Origin: Candidatus Dormibacteria bacterium
GTDB lineage: Bacteria > Chloroflexota > Dormibacteria > Aeolococcales > Bog-877
Direction: 5' to 3'
Assembly (NCBI GenBank): GCA_050734425.1
Contig: JBOHUL010000083.1
Location: 6,934-70,933, forward strand
DNA: 64,000 bases
Positions within the stretch are counted from its first letter, which is position 1. Each line of letters starts with the position of its first letter. Below the pieces are notes generated by a model. The model searched no databases and was not told the origin of the DNA. It saw only the letters and a list, made by a program, of their open reading frames with translations. The position numbers and the translations under genes are program-made. Shown here in pieces: positions 39,205-50,647 of the stretch.

Positions 39205-39930
39205 ATGCGTATCCCCCGACGGGCGATGGCGTGGGCGACCGAGGGGACTGCCCTGGTGGTGGCGGGGGTCCTCTATTTCGTGGACCTGTTCCTTCCCTGG
39301 ACCACGCAGCCCTCGCAGGTAATCTTCCCCATCCCGCGCGCGCCCTTCCCGAACGTCCCCAACCTCGGCAGCGCCAGCAGCGTGATCACCGCCCACTCCC
39401 TGTTCCAGACCGGTGGCTGGGGTGGAGTGGGGACGGTGGCCGGGGTGCTGGTGGCGCTGCTAGTGGTCTGGGAGGCCACCCGCGTGGCCCGGGTGGAGTT
39501 CAGTCTGGGGCCGGGCCATCGCAGCCTGCTCAGCGCCATGCTCGCCTTCGGAGTCGCCCTCTTCACCGCCATCAACGTCGCTGGCCGCCTGACCTGGATG
39601 CAGCCCCAGGTGGGACCGCTCGTCTACGGCGGCACCTTCCTCTGGATCTCGGTGGGGCTCGGGGTGGCCATCCTCATCGGGGGCTGGCTGCACTGGGTCA
39701 ACTGGCTCGAGCAGGCGCCCCCGCCTGCGGGCGCCCTGGCGGCGGTCCCGCCCGAACCCCAGGCCTCGCCTCCAGGCACCTGCTTCGCCTGCGGGCACCG
39801 CAACACCGAGGATGCCCGCTTCTGCTCGGCGTGCGGCGCCCAGCTCCGGCCGCCAGGAGGGGGGAGAGTTCCGCACCGGAGAGGTCCGCGCGGAGCGGGC
39901 ACTGGTCCAGGAGCGCCTCCCGCGGGCTGA
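39205..39930 (+). CDS. 4-TM membrane protein with C-terminal zinc ribbon (paralog 1)
   Basis: Within ORF 39142..39930 the ATG at 39205 follows AGGAGGTG. The product has hydrophobic helices and a C-terminal CFACGHRNTEDARFCSACG finger. Confidence 0.65.
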   Translation: MRIPRRAMAWATEGTALVVAGVLYFVDLFLPWTTQPSQVIFPIPRAPFPNVPNLGSASSVITAHSLFQTGGWGGVGTVAGVLVALLVVWEATRVARVEFSLGPGHRSLLSAMLAFGVALFTAINVAGRLTWMQPQVGPLVYGGTFLWISVGLGVAILIGGWLHWVNWLEQAPPPAGALAAVPPEPQASPPGTCFACGHRNTEDARFCSACGAQLRPPGGGRVPHRRGPRGAGTGPGAPPAG

Positions 39931-40043
39931 GCCCCGGTCGTCGCCGGCGCCTGGTTGCGCCACTTCGGCTAGTGATCGCCAGCGCTACACCGGGCCTGGG
40001 CTTGTGTATGGTGCCCCCGGGGGACCCCTGGGAGGTGACTGCG

Positions 40044-40721
40044 ATGCCGATCCGCCGACGCGCGCTGGCCTGGGCTCTGGACGGGACGGCCCTGGTGGTG
40101 GTCGGCGTCCTCTATTTCGTGGACCTCTTCCTCCCCTGGACCGTGCCGCAACCGGCCGGCTGGACGGGGTACCGGCCGCTGGTGATGGCCGGGTTGGGCC
40201 AGACCGGTGGCTGGGGTGGTGCGGGGACGGTGGCGGGGGTGCTCGTCGCCGTCTTGGTGGTCTGGGAGGCCACCCGGGTGGCCCGGGTGGAGTTCGGTCT
40301 GGGGAACGGCCACCGCAGCCTGCTCAGCGCCATGCTCGCGTTCGGGGTGGCCCTCTTCACCGCCGTCAACGTCGCCGGGCGCCTGACCTGGATGCAGCCC
40401 CAGGTGGGACCACTGGTCTACGGCGGTACCTTCCTCTGGATCTCGGTGGCCCTGGGGGTGGTCGTCCTCATCGGGGGCTGGTTGCACTGGGTCAACTGGA
40501 TTGAGAACGCGCCCATGCCGCAGCGGGCACCGCTGGCGGTGCCCCCCGAACCCGTGGCCCTACCCCCAGGAACCTGCCCCAGCTGCGGACGTGGCAATAG
40601 CCCCGAGGCGTCGTTCTGCTCCTGGTGCGGCGCTCGCCTCGGGCAATCGCCAGCCCGGCGCCCCCCGTCGCGCCGAGAGCCGCCTCCGACCCCTCCGTCT
40701 CCCGGCCCGGCCAGCGGCTGA
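40044..40721 (+). CDS. 4-TM membrane protein with C-terminal zinc ribbon (paralog 2, roughly 80% identical to paralog 1)
   Basis: ATG at 40044 inside ORF 39231..40721, with the same SD context. C-terminal CPSCGRGNSPEASFCSWCG finger. Confidence 0.65.
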   Translation: MPIRRRALAWALDGTALVVVGVLYFVDLFLPWTVPQPAGWTGYRPLVMAGLGQTGGWGGAGTVAGVLVAVLVVWEATRVARVEFGLGNGHRSLLSAMLAFGVALFTAVNVAGRLTWMQPQVGPLVYGGTFLWISVALGVVVLIGGWLHWVNWIENAPMPQRAPLAVPPEPVALPPGTCPSCGRGNSPEASFCSWCGARLGQSPARRPPSRREPPPTPPSPGPASG

Positions 40722-40874
40722 TTAGACGCGGGGGACGCTTGTTTCACCCGGTGCAATTTGGCTCTGCCCGCGCGCTGGGCGCCGCCGCAACGCCCTGGTA
40801 GCGACCGGCCGCCCCCAGTTTCGCCACTGGTCCGCAGTGCGGACTCTGCGGGGGAGCCCTGGGAGGTGGCCGCG

Positions 40875-41058
40875 ACGCCGATCCACGGAGGCGCGCTGGC
40901 CCGGGCCTTGGCCGGGCCGGCCCTTGTGGTGGTGAGGGTGCTACGGTTCATGAACCTCTTCCTTCCCTGGACGGCGCAGCAGCCTGCTGGCTGGAGGGGG
41001 TACGGTCTCCGGGGCGGGTCGCGTTGGGCCAGACGGGCGGCGGGGGGTCCGGGTGCAA
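40875..41058 (+). pseudogene. Decayed third copy of the membrane zinc-ribbon gene (N-terminal fragment only)
   Basis: Homologous DNA (GGGAGGTGGCCGCG ACG CCG ATC CAC...) with the start codon ATG changed to ACG. Only about 60 codons remain (ALARALAGPALVVVRVLRFMNLFLPWTAQQPAGW), ending in a fragment resembling the GLGQTGGWGG motif. Confidence 0.5.
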
Positions 41059-41059
41059 G

Positions 41060-42169
41060 ATGCTGCGGAGCCGATCATGGGAGCCGCCAAGACCAGCCCG
41101 ACCCTCGGTTGGCGCCGGCACTCTGGGCAGGGGCCTCAGCCTGCGCGCGCTCACCTGCCACCTACTGACCGCCAGCCTGGTGTTGCTCGCCGGATGCGCC
41201 GCTACCAAAGGCCCCACAGCACCTCGTGCGGTTCCTTGGGCCGCTCTCCCGGTGCATCCCGCCGCCAGCCCCAGTGCCTCGTTGAGCGCCGACCTGCCGT
41301 CCTGTAGTGGCAGTCAGCTGGCGGGGTCGGTGGGCCGCGACGTGGGCCTGACCGGCCAGATGCTCGCACTCCCGATTACCGTCTGGGACCGTAGCCCGCA
41401 GCCTTGCGAGTTGGAGGGAGCGCCGACCGTGACCTTGCTGGACCGGGACGGAGCCCAACTGCCGGAGACTCTGGAGTCCGATTGGGGGCAGATCGCCTCG
41501 CCCACTGAGTTGCCCGTCCGTCTCACCCCAGATCTAACCGGTACAGCACCCAACGGATCGCCAGCGGCGGGCGAAGCAGTGACCGCACTTGTCTGGAGTC
41601 CGGTGCTCGACGACGGGCCCGACTGCCCCTTGGGCGCACCCACGGTGACCACGCTTGCCCTCGGTCTCAGTGGACCAGCTGTCGCCGTCAGCCTCCCTGT
41701 GGGTGGTTCCACTCAACCGAGCTTCGCGCCATGCGGGGGGATGCTCGGAATCGGGACCTTCCAGGCCGTGGCCGCGCCACCCACTGTCCTCGCGCCGGTG
41801 GCGGTCAAAGGCCGTCTGCGCGCCCCCCGGGAGGTTGTGGCCGGTACGACGCTGGCATACGACGTCGTGCTCACCAACCCTGCCCGGCACGCCATCGCCG
41901 AGGCGTGTCCCGCCTACGCCGAGGCCCTGGTGTCGGGCGGACACCGGTACAAGGTGATCGACACCTACCGGCTCAACTGTGGGCCGCGGCTGCGACTTGG
42001 ACCCCGCGCTTCGCGGACGTTTGCGATGCGGCTCGCCACCCACGTGGCGGTTGGCTCCTTCCGCGTCCGGCTGACGTGGTCCTTCTGGGCTCCCAGCGGA
42101 CCTCTGACCCTCGAGCCCCGCTCGGGGCTCGAGGCAGTGATCACAGTGCAGGGACGGCGGGCCGCCTGA
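41060..42169 (+). CDS. Putative secreted lipoprotein (possible DUF4232-like repeats)
   Basis: Within ORF 41024..42169 the start is the ATG at 41060. It has a signal peptide with a lipobox (LLAGC). The product is Ala/Pro-rich with several conserved Cys residues. Confidence 0.55.
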   Translation: MLRSRSWEPPRPARPSVGAGTLGRGLSLRALTCHLLTASLVLLAGCAATKGPTAPRAVPWAALPVHPAASPSASLSADLPSCSGSQLAGSVGRDVGLTGQMLALPITVWDRSPQPCELEGAPTVTLLDRDGAQLPETLESDWGQIASPTELPVRLTPDLTGTAPNGSPAAGEAVTALVWSPVLDDGPDCPLGAPTVTTLALGLSGPAVAVSLPVGGSTQPSFAPCGGMLGIGTFQAVAAPPTVLAPVAVKGRLRAPREVVAGTTLAYDVVLTNPARHAIAEACPAYAEALVSGGHRYKVIDTYRLNCGPRLRLGPRASRTFAMRLATHVAVGSFRVRLTWSFWAPSGPLTLEPRSGLEAVITVQGRRAA

Positions 42170-42408
42170 GCGACTGCGCGGTCTCGCCACCCCCTATCGC
42201 CGGGGGGTCGCCGCGGCTGACGGAACTGTTCGGCAGCCATGCAGCAGGGGGTCGCACCATGCGACCTGAGAGCACCCCCTACCGCCGCCCATCACAGCAG
42301 CCACCGGCTGATCGCGTCCGGTCCCGGCGACCCACTCCGTGGGTCTCGCCAGGCTGTAGGGAAGGTCTCACGTCGGGGTCACGAGCCCTGAATTTTCCAG
42401 ATGCTCAG

Positions 42409-42437
42409 TTGACAGCTTCCACCGCTACCCCTAGGAT
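42409..42437 (+). promoter_or_regulatory. Sigma-70-like promoter (TTGACA-N17-TAGGAT) roughly 160 nt upstream of aceA
   Basis: -35 TTGACA at 42409..42414, a 17-nt spacer, and -10 TAGGAT at 42432..42437. Confidence 0.45.
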
Positions 42438-42596
42438 CTGCCGATGATCCAGGGACCTGGACCCAAATACTGCGCCCTTTGGACTTCGCCCGGGAGCCCC
42501 ATGCGCCCCGGAGCCGGCCTGACGTGCTGCGGCTTGTGAAACCGAACCGCAACTGAGCCGTACTACCACTCGCATCCCAAGAGGAGGAGGTGGCCA

Positions 42597-43909
42597 ATGA
42601 CCATGAGTCCGAATTCTTCCAACGGCAGGCCCGCGACCGCGGCCCAGGAGCTTGAGCGGAGTTGGTCCTTGGAGCGCTGGCAGGGGGTCACCCGGCCCTA
42701 CACCGCCGCTGACGTGGTCCGGCTCCGGGGCTCGATCCAGGTGGAGTACACCCTGGCCCGCCGCGGCGCCGAGCGGCTTAATCAAATGCTGACTACAACC
42801 GGGTATGTCCCCGCCCTGGGGGCGCTCACCGGCCAGCAGGCGGTGCAGATGGTCAAGGCCGGGCTCAAGGCCATCTACCTCTCCGGGTGGCAGGTCGCCG
42901 CCGACGCCAATCTCTCGGGAGAGACCTACCCGGACCAGAGCCTCTACCCCGCCAACAGCGCCCCGGCGTTGGCCCGGCGGCTGAACAACGCCATGCTCCG
43001 GGCGGACCAGATCGCCTGGGCCGAGGGGAACCACGACGGGGACTGGGTGGTGCCTATCGTGGCCGACGCCGAGGCAGGCTTCGGCGGCCCGCTCCACGCC
43101 TTCGAGCTGATGAAGGCGATGATCGAGAACGGGGTCGCTGGGGTCCATTTTGAGGACCAGCTGGCCTCGGAGAAGAAGTGCGGCCATCTGGGCGGCAAGG
43201 TGTTGGTGCCCACCAGCCAGTTTGAGCGCACCCTGGTGGCGGCGCGCCTCGCCAGCGACGTCCTAGACGTGCCCACGGTGCTGGTGGCCCGGACCGACGC
43301 TCTCAGCGCCACCCTGATGACCCAGGACGTCGACCCCCGCGACCAGCCCTTCCTCTCGGGTGAGCGCACCACAGAGGGGTACTTTCGGGTCCGGCCGGGG
43401 ATCGAGCCGGTCGTCGCCAGGGGGCTGGCCTTCGCCCCCTTGGTCGACGCCCTCTGGTTCGAGACCTCGACCCCCAACATCGAGGAGGCCGCCCAGTTCG
43501 CCGAGGCCATCCACGGCCGTTATCCCAACAAGATCCTGGCCTACAACTGCTCCCCCTCCTTCAACTGGAAGAAGCACCTGAGCGACAAGGACGTGGCCGA
43601 CTTCCAGTGGCGGCTCGGGGAACTGGGCTACAAGTTCCAGTTCGTGACCCTGGCCGGGTTCCACGTCGCCAACAGCTCCATGTTCGAGCTGGCCCGGGGC
43701 TACGCCGAGGAGGGCATGAGCGCCTACGTCCGCTTGCAGCAGCGGGAGTTGCAGCTGGAGCAGCACGGCTACACCTCGACCCGGCACCAGACCGAGGTCG
43801 GCGCCGGCTACTTCGACTCGGTACTGGAGACCGTCACCGGTGGCGCCAGCGCGACCTTGGCCCTCCAGGGATCGACAGAGGAGCAGCAGTTCGAGAAGAC
43901 CCCGGCGGC

Positions 43910-43913
<4 letters not shown>
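42597..43913 (+). CDS. aceA: Isocitrate lyase
   Basis: A strong SD (AAGAGGAGGAGGTGGCCA ATG). The ICL signature KKCGHLGGK is present, and the length and N-terminus fit aceA. Confidence 0.9.
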
Positions 43914-45463
<1,550 letters not shown>

Positions 45464-45605
45464 CCCTGACGTTCTGGTGACAAGGCCTTTAGTTCTCGCC
45501 ACCGAGGTTGTCGGCCCGAAACCCCTCTGCTATGTTCGGCCCGAGTTGGGCCTCGGCACGTGACTCGCCACACCTGGCGACACGGATCGTGCCCACGGAG
45601 GCGTT

Positions 45606-46334
45606 GTGAAGATGGTGAGACGGTCCAAGCAGATCCTGGAGCTGCCGCAGGTGGTGCGTTACGGCGAGCCCGAGGGAGGCGGTTGCGACCACCGCGGCTG
45701 CTCGGAAAAGGAGGCCTACCGCTGCCTCTACCGCGACCGCCGGGCGGTGGACTGCTCCTTTGCCGCCTGCAAGGAGCACCTGCGCCAGGTCTCAGGCCGT
45801 GCGTACTGTCCCCGCCACGCCAGCACCGTCGAGGTGATGCAGCTGGCCCAGGAGCGGGGCACCGAGGTGCTCCCCCCCGACCTGGACAACCGCTGCGCTT
45901 CTTTGGTCATGTGGGTCTCCCGCGACCTCAGCGAGCCGGTACTGGAGCGGTTGATCCGCTGGGGCGACTCCGACATGAGCATCATCAACGACCCCGCCGT
46001 CCGCTACACCCGGCCCGACCGGCTGCGCAAGCGGCCGGGCCACTGGGAGCGGATCTGGGCCTTGGCCAACCGCACCGGGATCCTGATCCGGATCGGGGTG
46101 ATGGTGGAAGACGAGCTCCCTGAGACCCTGATCCTCACCGGGGGCACCAACCACCTCGTCACCGCGGTCCCACCCTGGATCCAGAGCCACCTCGCGGGCA
46201 AGGTGGTCGGCAGCTCGCAGTCCGACCTGGTTGAGCGCCTCGCCTTCCAGCAGCAGCTGCTCCTGGCCCTGGACACCTACTACGAGAGATACGGGGTCAC
46301 CTACTCCAAGCTCTTGGTCCCAGTGGGTATCTGA
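45606..46334 (+). CDS. Hypothetical protein with Cys/His-rich N-terminal region
   Basis: 242 aa. The N-terminus carries CDHRGC...C..........C....CKEH......CPRH. No family is recognised. Confidence 0.5.
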   Translation: MKMVRRSKQILELPQVVRYGEPEGGGCDHRGCSEKEAYRCLYRDRRAVDCSFAACKEHLRQVSGRAYCPRHASTVEVMQLAQERGTEVLPPDLDNRCASLVMWVSRDLSEPVLERLIRWGDSDMSIINDPAVRYTRPDRLRKRPGHWERIWALANRTGILIRIGVMVEDELPETLILTGGTNHLVTAVPPWIQSHLAGKVVGSSQSDLVERLAFQQQLLLALDTYYERYGVTYSKLLVPVGI

Positions 46335-46366
46335 GACCCCCGGGCCGCGGGCCGCATAATCGGCCC

Positions 46367-48370
46367 ATGGCCTATGAGGCGATCGTGCCGCCGCCGCCGA
46401 TTGGCGCCACCCGGCACCAGCCTCAGTACCACCAGGGCTACCTCACCTTCAGCCGCAGCTACACCGTAGACATCACCTACCGCTGCCTGCGGCGCTGTGG
46501 CTACTGCGAGTACCGCAAGGACTCGGGCGGCATCACCCCGCTCAGCGACGTGGAGCGGCAATTGGAGACCGCGAGGCGACTGGGCTGCCGCGAGGTCCTG
46601 ATCATGAGCGGGGAGCAACCCTGGCGGCTTCCGGATCTGGGGCTCAAGGACGAGGGCGCATTCGTTGACATCGTCTTGGAGGTCTGCCAGAGGGCGATGC
46701 GGCTGGGGCTTCTGCCCCACAGCAACGTCGGGCTTCTGAGCAAGGAGAGCCTGCGCCGGCTCCAGCCCCTCAACGCCTCCATGGGGCTGATGCTGGAGAC
46801 GGGGACGGACGAGCTCAGAGCCCACGCCTTCGGCGGGGGCAAGCGCCACCTGGAGCGGCTCCGGCACCTGGAGGCGGCGGGCGAGCTGGGCATCCCCTTC
46901 ACCACCGGCATCCTGGTCGGGATCGGGGAGGAGGAGGCGGACCGGCGCCGCGCCCTGGAGCTGATCCGCGACTGTCACCTGCGCCACCACCACATCCAGG
47001 AGGTCATCGTCCAGAACTTCATCCCCAAGCCCAACACCCCCATGGCGGGCCATCCCGCCCCCACAGGCGAGGAGATCCTGGCAGCCGTGCGCCTGGCCCG
47101 GGAGATCCTGCCAGAGGAGGTCGCGGTCCAGGTTCCCCCCAACCTCAACTTCGAGACCTGGCCCGCGCTGGTGGAGGCCGGGGCCTTGGACCTGGGCGGG
47201 ATCTCTTTGGACGGGGACTCGGTCAGCCCCCAGTTCGCCTGGCCCAAAGAGGGGGATCTGGCCGAGAAGGCGAGGTCTTTGGGCTTACGGCTCCAGGAGC
47301 GGCTCCCCGTCTATCAGGAGTCACTGGCGGATCTTCAGCCGGCGGCGGATCGGATGCGCATGGAGCTGGTCGGCGACACCGTCACCTACGTCGTCAACCG
47401 CAACGTCAACATCAGCAACGTCTGCGTTGGCAGCTGCTCCTTCTGCGGCTTCCGCCGCAGCTCGATTCGGGCCAAGGGCGCCTACTTCCATGACCACGAC
47501 ACCGTCTTCCTCAAGATCGCGGACGCCGTCCGCCGCGGCGCCACCGAGATCTGCATGCAGTCGGGCCTGACCCCGGAGCTCAACCTCGACTTCTACGACA
47601 CCCTCTTTCGGGAGATCAAGGAGCGCTGGCCCGCGCTCCACCTGCACGCGCTCTCACCGGAGGAGATCCGCTATATCGCCCTGGAGGCGGGCCGCAGCGT
47701 CGAGGACACGCTCCGGCAGCTCCAGGACGCCGGCCTAGGCACGCTCCCCGGCACCGCTGCCGAGATCTTGGTGCCCGAGGTGAGGCGAATCCTCTGCCCG
47801 GAGAAGCTGAGCGGAGAGGAGTGGCTCCGGATCGTCAAGACCGCCCACAAGGTGGGGATCCGGACCACCTCGACGATCATGTACGGCCACATCGAGACCC
47901 CCTGGCACCGGCTCCAGCACCTGGAGCTGATCCGCAACCTGCAGCGGGAGACGGGGGGCATCACGGAGTTCGTGCTCCTGCCCTTCCAGGTGCAGCACAA
48001 CACCCTCGGCAAGTACTACGGCATCGCCAAGCCGCTGCAGCTGGAGGACTCGCTCCGCTTCACTGCCTACTGTCGGCTCTACTTTGGCAAGGACATCCCC
48101 AACATCCAGACCAGCTGGGTCAAGCTGGGCAAAGGGGGGGTGGCGGAGTCGCTGCGCTGGGGGGCCAACGACTTCGGTGGCACCCTGATGGAAGAGTCGA
48201 TCACCCGCATGAGCGGCGCCGACCATGGCCAGAACCTGGAGCCCAGCGAGATCGAGGCCGCCATCCGCTCGGTGGGACGCATTCCTCGGGAACGCGACAC
48301 CCTCTACCGCGAGGTCAGCGAGAGACCGCGGGACCGCGACCGGGCCCTGGCTGGCGCCGCCGCCTCCTGA
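46367..48370 (+). CDS. fbiC: FO synthase (bifunctional CofG/CofH, F420 biosynthesis)
   Basis: Two radical-SAM modules (CLRRCGYCEY and CVGSCSFCGF) in one 667-aa polypeptide. Confidence 0.8.
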   Translation: MAYEAIVPPPPIGATRHQPQYHQGYLTFSRSYTVDITYRCLRRCGYCEYRKDSGGITPLSDVERQLETARRLGCREVLIMSGEQPWRLPDLGLKDEGAFVDIVLEVCQRAMRLGLLPHSNVGLLSKESLRRLQPLNASMGLMLETGTDELRAHAFGGGKRHLERLRHLEAAGELGIPFTTGILVGIGEEEADRRRALELIRDCHLRHHHIQEVIVQNFIPKPNTPMAGHPAPTGEEILAAVRLAREILPEEVAVQVPPNLNFETWPALVEAGALDLGGISLDGDSVSPQFAWPKEGDLAEKARSLGLRLQERLPVYQESLADLQPAADRMRMELVGDTVTYVVNRNVNISNVCVGSCSFCGFRRSSIRAKGAYFHDHDTVFLKIADAVRRGATEICMQSGLTPELNLDFYDTLFREIKERWPALHLHALSPEEIRYIALEAGRSVEDTLRQLQDAGLGTLPGTAAEILVPEVRRILCPEKLSGEEWLRIVKTAHKVGIRTTSTIMYGHIETPWHRLQHLELIRNLQRETGGITEFVLLPFQVQHNTLGKYYGIAKPLQLEDSLRFTAYCRLYFGKDIPNIQTSWVKLGKGGVAESLRWGANDFGGTLMEESITRMSGADHGQNLEPSEIEAAIRSVGRIPRERDTLYREVSERPRDRDRALAGAAAS

Positions 48371-48803
48371 ATCGCAGGCGGCCCGCCAGAGCCCCGAAAC
48401 GGATGCCGACCAGAAGACACAGCGCCTCCACCAGCCGGCTGAACAGCTCGTTAGAGCCCTGGACCGGGATCAGCACCACCGCCACCAGGACGGGGAAGAC
48501 GTACCAGCGCCAGTGGTAGCGGCTGCGGTAGATGCGAGCCCCGTAGAAGACGCCGAAGGCGACCCCGAGCAGGAGGCAGAGGATCCCAAGCGCCAGGTAT
48601 CCCACCAGGTACTGGCTCACCGCGGGGCTGCCGAGGCCGACGCTGAAGCGCACCGCCAGTGGGGGGAGGTAGTCGGTGGCGTAGAAGGCGAGCAGGATCC
48701 AGGCCATGCCGTGGAGACAGAACGTGGAGACCTGGAGGCTGCGCCGGCGCAGGTCCTCCTTGACCTCCTCCTCCTCCCGGCTGAGCGGCTTCCGGCGCCT
48801 CAC
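48315..48803 (-). CDS. Putative small membrane protein (low confidence)
   Basis: The GTG at 48803 follows AAGAGGAAA. The product has an acidic stretch and then three hydrophobic helices. It overlaps the fbiC 3' end by 56 nt in a convergent arrangement. Confidence 0.3.
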   Translation of the reverse strand: MRRRKPLSREEEEVKEDLRRRSLQVSTFCLHGMAWILLAFYATDYLPPLAVRFSVGLGSPAVSQYLVGYLALGILCLLLGVAFGVFYGARIYRSRYHWRWYVFPVLVAVVLIPVQGSNELFSRLVEALCLLVGIRFGALAGRLRFRRRRRQPGPGRGPAVSR

Positions 48804-48888
48804 CCCACCAGTTTCCTCTTTGAGGGCTCTGGCACGGGCTAGAATCGGGCACCGGTGAACCGCTGCCTGTGCCCGGGATGACACGCGA

Positions 48889-50559
48889 TTGAAGCGGGCG
48901 ATCCGGGAGTGGCGGCTCCCGCCTCCGGGGGGCGCGGACGGGATCGTGGAGCGGATCGCGACCGCCAGGGGGCTGGGATCGCTCCTCCTGCCCGAGGCGG
49001 AGGTGGCCGAGTCCGACCCCATGCTCCTGCAGCAGATGGATCGTGCCCTGGAACTGATCCGGGAGGCGTGCCAGAGCCGGGGGCGGATCGCAATCTACGG
49101 CGACTACGACGCCGACGGGGTCACCGCCACCGCCCTTTTGGTAGGGGGCCTGCGGGGGTTGGGGCCGGAGCCGCTCGCCTACATCCCCGATCGTCAGAGC
49201 GAGGGCTACGGACTCCACCAAGAGGCGCTGCGAGAGCTTCATGCCCGGGGCGTGACCCTGGTGATCACGGTTGACTGTGGCACGAGCGCCGTCGAGGTGG
49301 CCCGAGAACGTCCCTCCGACCTCCGCCTCGTCATCACCGACCACCACCTGCCTCACCTGGGGGAGACTGGCCAGCTGGAGCTGCCAAAGGTGGACGCCCT
49401 GATCAATCCCCGCGTGCCCCAGGACAGCTATCCGTTCAAGGGACTCGCCGGGGTAGGGGTCGCCTACCAGCTGCTTCGTGCGCTCGAACTCCAGGGGATG
49501 CTTCCTGCCGGCGGCGCCTCCCGCCAGCTCCCGCTGGTGGCCCTCGGGACGGTGGCCGACATGATGCCCCTCCAGGACGAGAACCGCCGTCTGGTCCAGG
49601 GCGGGCTCCGTGTCTGGTCGGAGTTCGCCCCCCCGGGGCTGCGGCTGCTGGCTGGCGCGGGCTCGGTGACCAGCCAGGACCTGGCCTTTCGGCTGGCGCC
49701 TAGGATCAACGCCGCCGGCCGGATGGGTGACGCCCGACCGGCACTCGACTGCTGCCTGGCGGACGACGAATCGAAGGCACGGGCTGCGGTCGCCCGGCTG
49801 GAGGAGCTGAACCGGGCCCGCAAGGAGTCGCTCACCCGGGCGTTGGCCCAGGCCCGAGCCCAAGCCGCCCTGCTCCCCGAGGAGCTGCCGCTGCTGTTTT
49901 TGGGCTCGGCCGACTTCCACCCCGGGGTGGTCGGGCTGGTTGCCGGCCGCCTGGTCGAGGAGTTCGGTCGTCCTGCCTTCGTCTTCAGCCGTCAGGGCGA
50001 CGGGGCCTGGCGGGGCTCCGCCCGAGGGGTGGCGGGGCTCAACGTGGTCGCCGCCCTCGCTGCCTGCGCCGACCAGCTCCTGACCTTCGGCGGTCACCTC
50101 AGCGCGGGCGGCTTCAGCCTGGCTCCCAGCGAAGATTCGGTCGCCGCCCTGGCCCGGGAGCTGGAGCTAGCTGTGACCAAGCAGCTGGGGGGGAGGAGCC
50201 CCGTGCGCACCTTCCAGGTAGATGCCGAGGTGCGACTGGGCCAGTGTGACCTGGAGCTGGCGGACCAGCTCCTCCGCCTCCAGCCGTGCGGCAGCGGCAA
50301 CCCCCAGGCGTTGCTCTGCGCCAGCGGGCTCCGAGTCGAGGCGACGAGGAGCCTGGGGGCCGGTGGCAACCACCTCAAGGTGATCCTCCAGGACGGGACC
50401 GGGACCGCCGAAGCCATCACCTTCAACCGCCCCCACCTGCGCCGCCACCTACCAGAGGGACGGCTGGTGGACGCCATCTTCGAGTTGGAGGTCGACTGCT
50501 GGCTGGGACGGCGCCGGCCCCGGCTGCTGCTCCGGGACCTGCGGCCGGCGAGGTCCTGA
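48889..50559 (+). CDS. recJ: Single-stranded-DNA-specific exonuclease RecJ
   Basis: DHH motifs (IAIYGDYDADGVT, ITDHH), DHHA1 (GGHLSAGG) and a C-terminal OB-like region. Confidence 0.85.
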   Translation: MKRAIREWRLPPPGGADGIVERIATARGLGSLLLPEAEVAESDPMLLQQMDRALELIREACQSRGRIAIYGDYDADGVTATALLVGGLRGLGPEPLAYIPDRQSEGYGLHQEALRELHARGVTLVITVDCGTSAVEVARERPSDLRLVITDHHLPHLGETGQLELPKVDALINPRVPQDSYPFKGLAGVGVAYQLLRALELQGMLPAGGASRQLPLVALGTVADMMPLQDENRRLVQGGLRVWSEFAPPGLRLLAGAGSVTSQDLAFRLAPRINAAGRMGDARPALDCCLADDESKARAAVARLEELNRARKESLTRALAQARAQAALLPEELPLLFLGSADFHPGVVGLVAGRLVEEFGRPAFVFSRQGDGAWRGSARGVAGLNVVAALAACADQLLTFGGHLSAGGFSLAPSEDSVAALARELELAVTKQLGGRSPVRTFQVDAEVRLGQCDLELADQLLRLQPCGSGNPQALLCASGLRVEATRSLGAGGNHLKVILQDGTGTAEAITFNRPHLRRHLPEGRLVDAIFELEVDCWLGRRRPRLLLRDLRPARS

Positions 50560-50647
50560 GAGGGTCTGCCTCCGGGTCTTGAGGCCGACTATTGTGGAGG
50601 GGGGCGCTTCGGCGCCCGGGGATCGGAGAAGTGAGGAGGCGCTCTCT

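Larger units (their letters stand above)
39150..41060 (+). repeat. Tandem triplication of a roughly 835-bp unit (upstream element plus membrane zinc-ribbon gene); the third copy is truncated and decayed
   Basis: Unit starts at 39205, 40044 and about 40875. Shared upstream motif: TTGTGTATGGTGC..CCCGGGG...GGGAGGTGACTGCG ATG. Confidence 0.6.
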
